Source: a virus (lineage: Duplodnaviria; Caudoviricetes). From it: a stretch of 64,000 nt of DNA. Below, piece after piece: positions 60,787 through 64,000 of this stretch (the first letter of the stretch is position 1; each line of letters opens with the position of its first letter). The translations under genes and the position numbers were made by a program. The stretch lies in IMG/VR virus record IMGVR_UViG_3300005989_000005, positions 449 to 64,448 of that record. The stretch is one strand, 5' to 3'. The notes beneath the pieces were generated by a model that was not told the DNA's origin, made no database searches, and worked only from the letters and a program-made list of their open reading frames with translations.

Positions 60787-61625
60787 GAGGGGGAGAAGAG
60801 ATTTTTGTTGCGGAAAATGTTGTGACTGCCTTTAGACCAGTCGCGGGAGTAGATGGCATACTGGATGTTACGAACACCACGTTTGATGTTTTCCTCATTG
60901 GCCCAAGGCTGGAAGGCCTGATACCAACGCCCTAGTATGATAGGAGCATATTGTTCAAAGCCAAGGGCACTGGCCTGACCGAGAAGGTCAGCAGGGCTGT
61001 TGAGGGTTTTGGCATAGTCACGGAGGTGGACGAGAACACCAGCCCACGTCTTGATACGTGCAAAGTCAAGGGTGGACTCAAGGGCACGAAACTCAATAGA
61101 GCCATACTTAAACAGGCTGGTTACGTTGAGGCTGGCGTAACGCAGGTCTTCATTGTTAAGGGCGTGAATATCTTCTTGTTCGATAAACTCTACAAGCTTG
61201 TCTAGAAGGAAAGAGGCGTCCGACATACGGAGACAGAAGTGATTGCCAAGTCGAGACTTGTCACAGAAGCGCAGCAACACCTCTTCCAACATGAAGTAGG
61301 AGCAGATGAAGGTAACAAGTTGGGTGGGGGTGAGGTCTTGCACGTTGACATGGACGTGGATACCAGCACGATAGGTGGGACGAGGACGAGTGCCACAAGC
61401 AGCAAAGGTATCTTGCAAAGCAGCAAAGGCCGTGTCAAGCTGGTTAAGGGGCAGGGGTTCACGAAGGACAAACTCTGCACTCTCACCACGAAGAGAGGCA
61501 TCAGCCTCTTTTTTCCACATGGCAGGCATCATACGTGCATCGGGGATGTTGTCTGCTTCCAGCTCAATCTCCACGCCAACGTCTCCCCTCTGCTCTTGGC
61601 AGCCGATGATGTGTTTGATAGTCAT
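60783..61625 (-). CDS. Amidoligase (glutamine-synthetase-like fold, Amidoligase_2)
   Basis: GVEIELE, AEFV, AGIHVHVN, YASLN...GSIEFR. Confidence 0.9.
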   Translation of the reverse strand: MTIKHIIGCQEQRGDVGVEIELEADNIPDARMMPAMWKKEADASLRGESAEFVLREPLPLNQLDTAFAALQDTFAACGTRPRPTYRAGIHVHVNVQDLTPTQLVTFICSYFMLEEVLLRFCDKSRLGNHFCLRMSDASFLLDKLVEFIEQEDIHALNNEDLRYASLNVTSLFKYGSIEFRALESTLDFARIKTWAGVLVHLRDYAKTLNSPADLLGQASALGFEQYAPIILGRWYQAFQPWANEENIKRGVRNIQYAIYSRDWSKGSHNIFRNKNLFSPS

Positions 61626-62182
61626 TACATTGCCTCTTGCAAATGTTGTTGAAGGAACTGCTTGTTGTCGTTGAGAACAGGGACACCGTCTACGACACGG
61701 CCAACGTTGTGCTTACGGTAGACTAGCACAACCTGCCCGTCATGCTTGGTAAGGCCGAAGTCACGAGAGAAGGCCATAGAATTACGCTTGTTAAGCGAAG
61801 ACAGAGCCTTGGCAAATGTGGGGTAGCTCTTGTTGATAGGCTGACTAAGGGCACGAATGTTAACCTCGTCAGGACGAAGACGGCCAAATGTGGCAATGCT
61901 GTTGTGAGACAGCCCCTGTTTCCAATCACGACGCATAGGCTTGCGAGAAACAAAGACCATGTCGTTGGTGACATTAATAAAGCCAAGAGGGACAGGTTCT
62001 AGGTCAAGCTCAGAGTGACGAACAGTGATACGGTCTCCTTCGTCAATCACGTCACCATCATGCACCATAACACCAGCGTCGTTGTAGTAGGTACGGAGGA
62101 CAAAGAAGGGCTTGCCCGTGTGGGTACGGACAAGGGTGTTGTTCAGGCGTCGAGACGCATATTCCAAGTCATCTTCATACAT
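61625..62182 (-). CDS. Conserved hypothetical protein of the ligase cluster
   Basis: 185 aa; LGFIN...F.SR.P.R..WKQGL. Confidence 0.7.
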   Translation of the reverse strand: MYEDDLEYASRRLNNTLVRTHTGKPFFVLRTYYNDAGVMVHDGDVIDEGDRITVRHSELDLEPVPLGFINVTNDMVFVSRKPMRRDWKQGLSHNSIATFGRLRPDEVNIRALSQPINKSYPTFAKALSSLNKRNSMAFSRDFGLTKHDGQVVLVYRKHNVGRVVDGVPVLNDNKQFLQQHLQEAM

Positions 62183-62183
62183 G

Positions 62184-62357
62184 TCAATACCAAAATTTTG
62201 TGGGGAGGCTGTCTACAGTATAGAAAGCTGCGATTGTGCCTTTTCTTTTTTCAAGCTCTTTAACCCTCTTTTTTGCGCCCTCTTTTGTGCCGCAAGTGCG
62301 TTCATAAGAGGGAATGTTTTGAGAGTTATTTTTTAGGACGAAGACATAGTAGTGCAT
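62184..62357 (-). CDS. 57-aa hypothetical protein
   Basis: MHYYVFVL...KFWY after GAGGGG SD. Confidence 0.55.
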   Translation of the reverse strand: MHYYVFVLKNNSQNIPSYERTCGTKEGAKKRVKELEKRKGTIAAFYTVDSLPTKFWY

Positions 62358-62363
62358 GACCCC

Positions 62364-63209
62364 TCAACGGTAGCTCTTGGGAGTTTTGATACCTTCGTAC
62401 TCGAAAGCAGATGTCAGAGCAGTCTTCCAACCCTCTTCCTTGTTGATGATCTGACGAGCAGTGAGACCGTAGAACTTACGATCACCATAGTCAGGGTCAG
62501 CAAAGGTGCATTTGATAGCTTCGATGGTGTTGTTGTAAATGGTCTTACGCAGGATCGGGTCGTTGATCCACTTGTTAGACAGCACACGATATTCCATGCC
62601 ATACGGCTTGGGACGGAAGGCACCTGCTGCACCATACAAGCTACGGCGACGGTCATCCTTGTCCCAGATGAGAGACACCATGCCAAGCCATACATCAAGA
62701 CTCTTGGTCAAAGCACGACATGCTTCGAGGTGGCCCTCATCATTGATGTCAACAGCACGGTCAGTCCAGCCGATGTGTACGTGACCAGAGGCCGTACGGA
62801 ACGGCGTGTTGGCATCAGGACGGGGGTTAGCCATCTTGGTGTAGGCATTGAAGTCAGGAGAGCAACCAAGCTCTTTGGCCTCTTTAGGTTGTGCCTCAAT
62901 GTATTCCAACCCGAAATCTGCAACAGGTTCTACGTAGATTTCGTAGCCGGGAACCATAGCAGTGATGGAGTTGAGGACACGAGACATGTGTTCCTCAAAC
63001 TGAGCGTGGGTATTGGCAGGGTCGATGTTAAACTCAAGCGCCATGCCGTCAACCTGAACAGCACCCTTAGGAACTTTGTAAGGGTTTTCTTTGCTGCCGG
63101 GGATCAGACCATAGGCAGAGACAAGTTTGCCGTAACGCTTGACAAAGAACTCGGGGTCTGCACCGATCTTGAAGTCATACGATTTACCGAGAGGAGAAGT
63201 GATTTGCAT
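62364..63209 (-). CDS. phiEco32-like COOH.NH2 ligase type 2
   Basis: IGADPEFF, QVDGMALEFN, GCSPDFNAY, RTASGHVHIG, RRSLYG.AG.FRPKPYG.EYR.LSN.W. Confidence 0.92.
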   Translation of the reverse strand: MQITSPLGKSYDFKIGADPEFFVKRYGKLVSAYGLIPGSKENPYKVPKGAVQVDGMALEFNIDPANTHAQFEEHMSRVLNSITAMVPGYEIYVEPVADFGLEYIEAQPKEAKELGCSPDFNAYTKMANPRPDANTPFRTASGHVHIGWTDRAVDINDEGHLEACRALTKSLDVWLGMVSLIWDKDDRRRSLYGAAGAFRPKPYGMEYRVLSNKWINDPILRKTIYNNTIEAIKCTFADPDYGDRKFYGLTARQIINKEEGWKTALTSAFEYEGIKTPKSYR

Positions 63210-63211
63210 GA

Positions 63212-64000
63212 TTAGGCACTCTTTTGCTTGGATTGTTCGGCGATAAGGTCTTTTACAAGGGGCATCTCAAGGCACTCGTCACAGAAGAAGTGTTCACGAT
63301 CTACCCATTTGATTGCATCTTTCTGACCCCAGTTAGGGGCTTTAAGACAGTTGAGGCAACCACATTGGACACGGTTTTCCCAAGCCCCTTTGGTAAGTAG
63401 GGGGCCACCCTCAAACCAATTAGCATATTCAGCTGTGGCAGAGGCAAAGGACAGCTCAAACCCGTTATTAGGTTTGGAGATAACCCGGCCCTCTTTCATA
63501 CGGACGTAGGTCAGGTCCGACCAGTTAGTCCAGTAAGAACTTCCCGAAAGACTGCTGCGGAAGATACGGCCAGCAATGTAATAACCTCGCTCATGGCCTC
63601 GGCCAATGATTTTGTCTTTGGCTTCTTTACCCTTCCCGATTTGAATGTTGACCTTGACAAGACTTCCGTCTTCACGAAAGGCAATAGCAGATGGTTGGTT
63701 GGGTACGTCGTGAAACTCCTTGATAAGGAGGTTGACATGCTTGAGGTCATCATTGGCAGGTTTCTTGACAATGTTTTTAGTATCCCACTCATCGTCCCAA
63801 TCGTCCATCCAAGTCCTCCCGTAGCCCCCGTAGTTGCCTCCGTAGGAACTTACGTAAGGCTTTGCTACAAAAGGGGGCAGTTCACGTTCAGTGTGAAACA
63901 TCCTCCCCTCTGCGTCATTTTCAAAGGTGTAGAGGCGGTTAGGCGGCACCTCGATAGGTTGCTTGAGCTTGATGTTCTGCCGCATAGCTGCGACAAGGAT
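63212..64000 (-). CDS. C-terminal part of a large protein open to the window edge, probably the class II amidotransferase; terminal Cys cluster
   Basis: Frame open to 64000 (ILVAAMRQN...); CGCLNC...CDEC; gene order matches the cluster. Confidence 0.6.
   Translation of the reverse strand: MLVAAMRQNIKLKQPIEVPPNRLYTFENDAEGRMFHTERELPPFVAKPYVSSYGGNYGGYGRTWMDDWDDEWDTKNIVKKPANDDLKHVNLLIKEFHDVPNQPSAIAFREDGSLVKVNIQIGKGKEAKDKIIGRGHERGYYIAGRIFRSSLSGSSYWTNWSDLTYVRMKEGRVISKPNNGFELSFASATAEYANWFEGGPLLTKGAWENRVQCGCLNCLKAPNWGQKDAIKWVDREHFFCDECLEMPLVKDLIAEQSKQKSA

Noticed and set aside
1-64000. Prophage or temperate lifestyle
   Set aside because: No integrase, repressor or att site recognised and no host genes at the edges; the PFGY/HTH protein at 18950 lacks a recombinase catalytic domain.
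63990-64000. Direct circular join of window end to start
   Set aside because: Frames do not match across the join and most of the GATase-II domain would be missing.

Overview
The window covers nearly all of a lytic podovirus-type phage genome, probably circularly permuted: it starts inside the N-terminus of a class II glutamine amidotransferase and appears to end in that gene's C-terminal part. The host is probably an alphaproteobacterium (Rhodobacterales-like), judged from RcGTA-type head-spike genes, CcrM/GcrA-type motifs in early promoters, a class II RNR and tRNA-Leu(UAA). Layout: (1) leftward early/middle arm at 1-11.1 kb, continuing at 41.4-64 kb, with a phiEco32-like amide-ligase cluster, ECF sigma factor, primase-helicase, family A polymerase, SSB, exonucleases, ThyX, NrdJ, PhoH, a MazG-like enzyme, a methyltransferase and many HNH endonucleases; (2) rightward late arm at 11.9-41.4 kb with decoration fibres, terminase, portal, scaffold, capsid, tail, lysis and ejection proteins. 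Most striking unexplained signals: 16 dissimilar microproteins sharing a C-terminal [K]-x-L-[DE]-[DE]-Y-[ML] tag, interleaved with the ligase enzymes; a head fibre with a candidate -1 frameshift that adds a Trp/Asp motif paired with a depolymerase-like fibre; GANTC sites at a fixed position in tandem early promoters; an AUU-initiated Ntn amidotransferase; and a frame-split 5'-3' exonuclease. All protein assignments are from motif recognition by eye; no searches were run.
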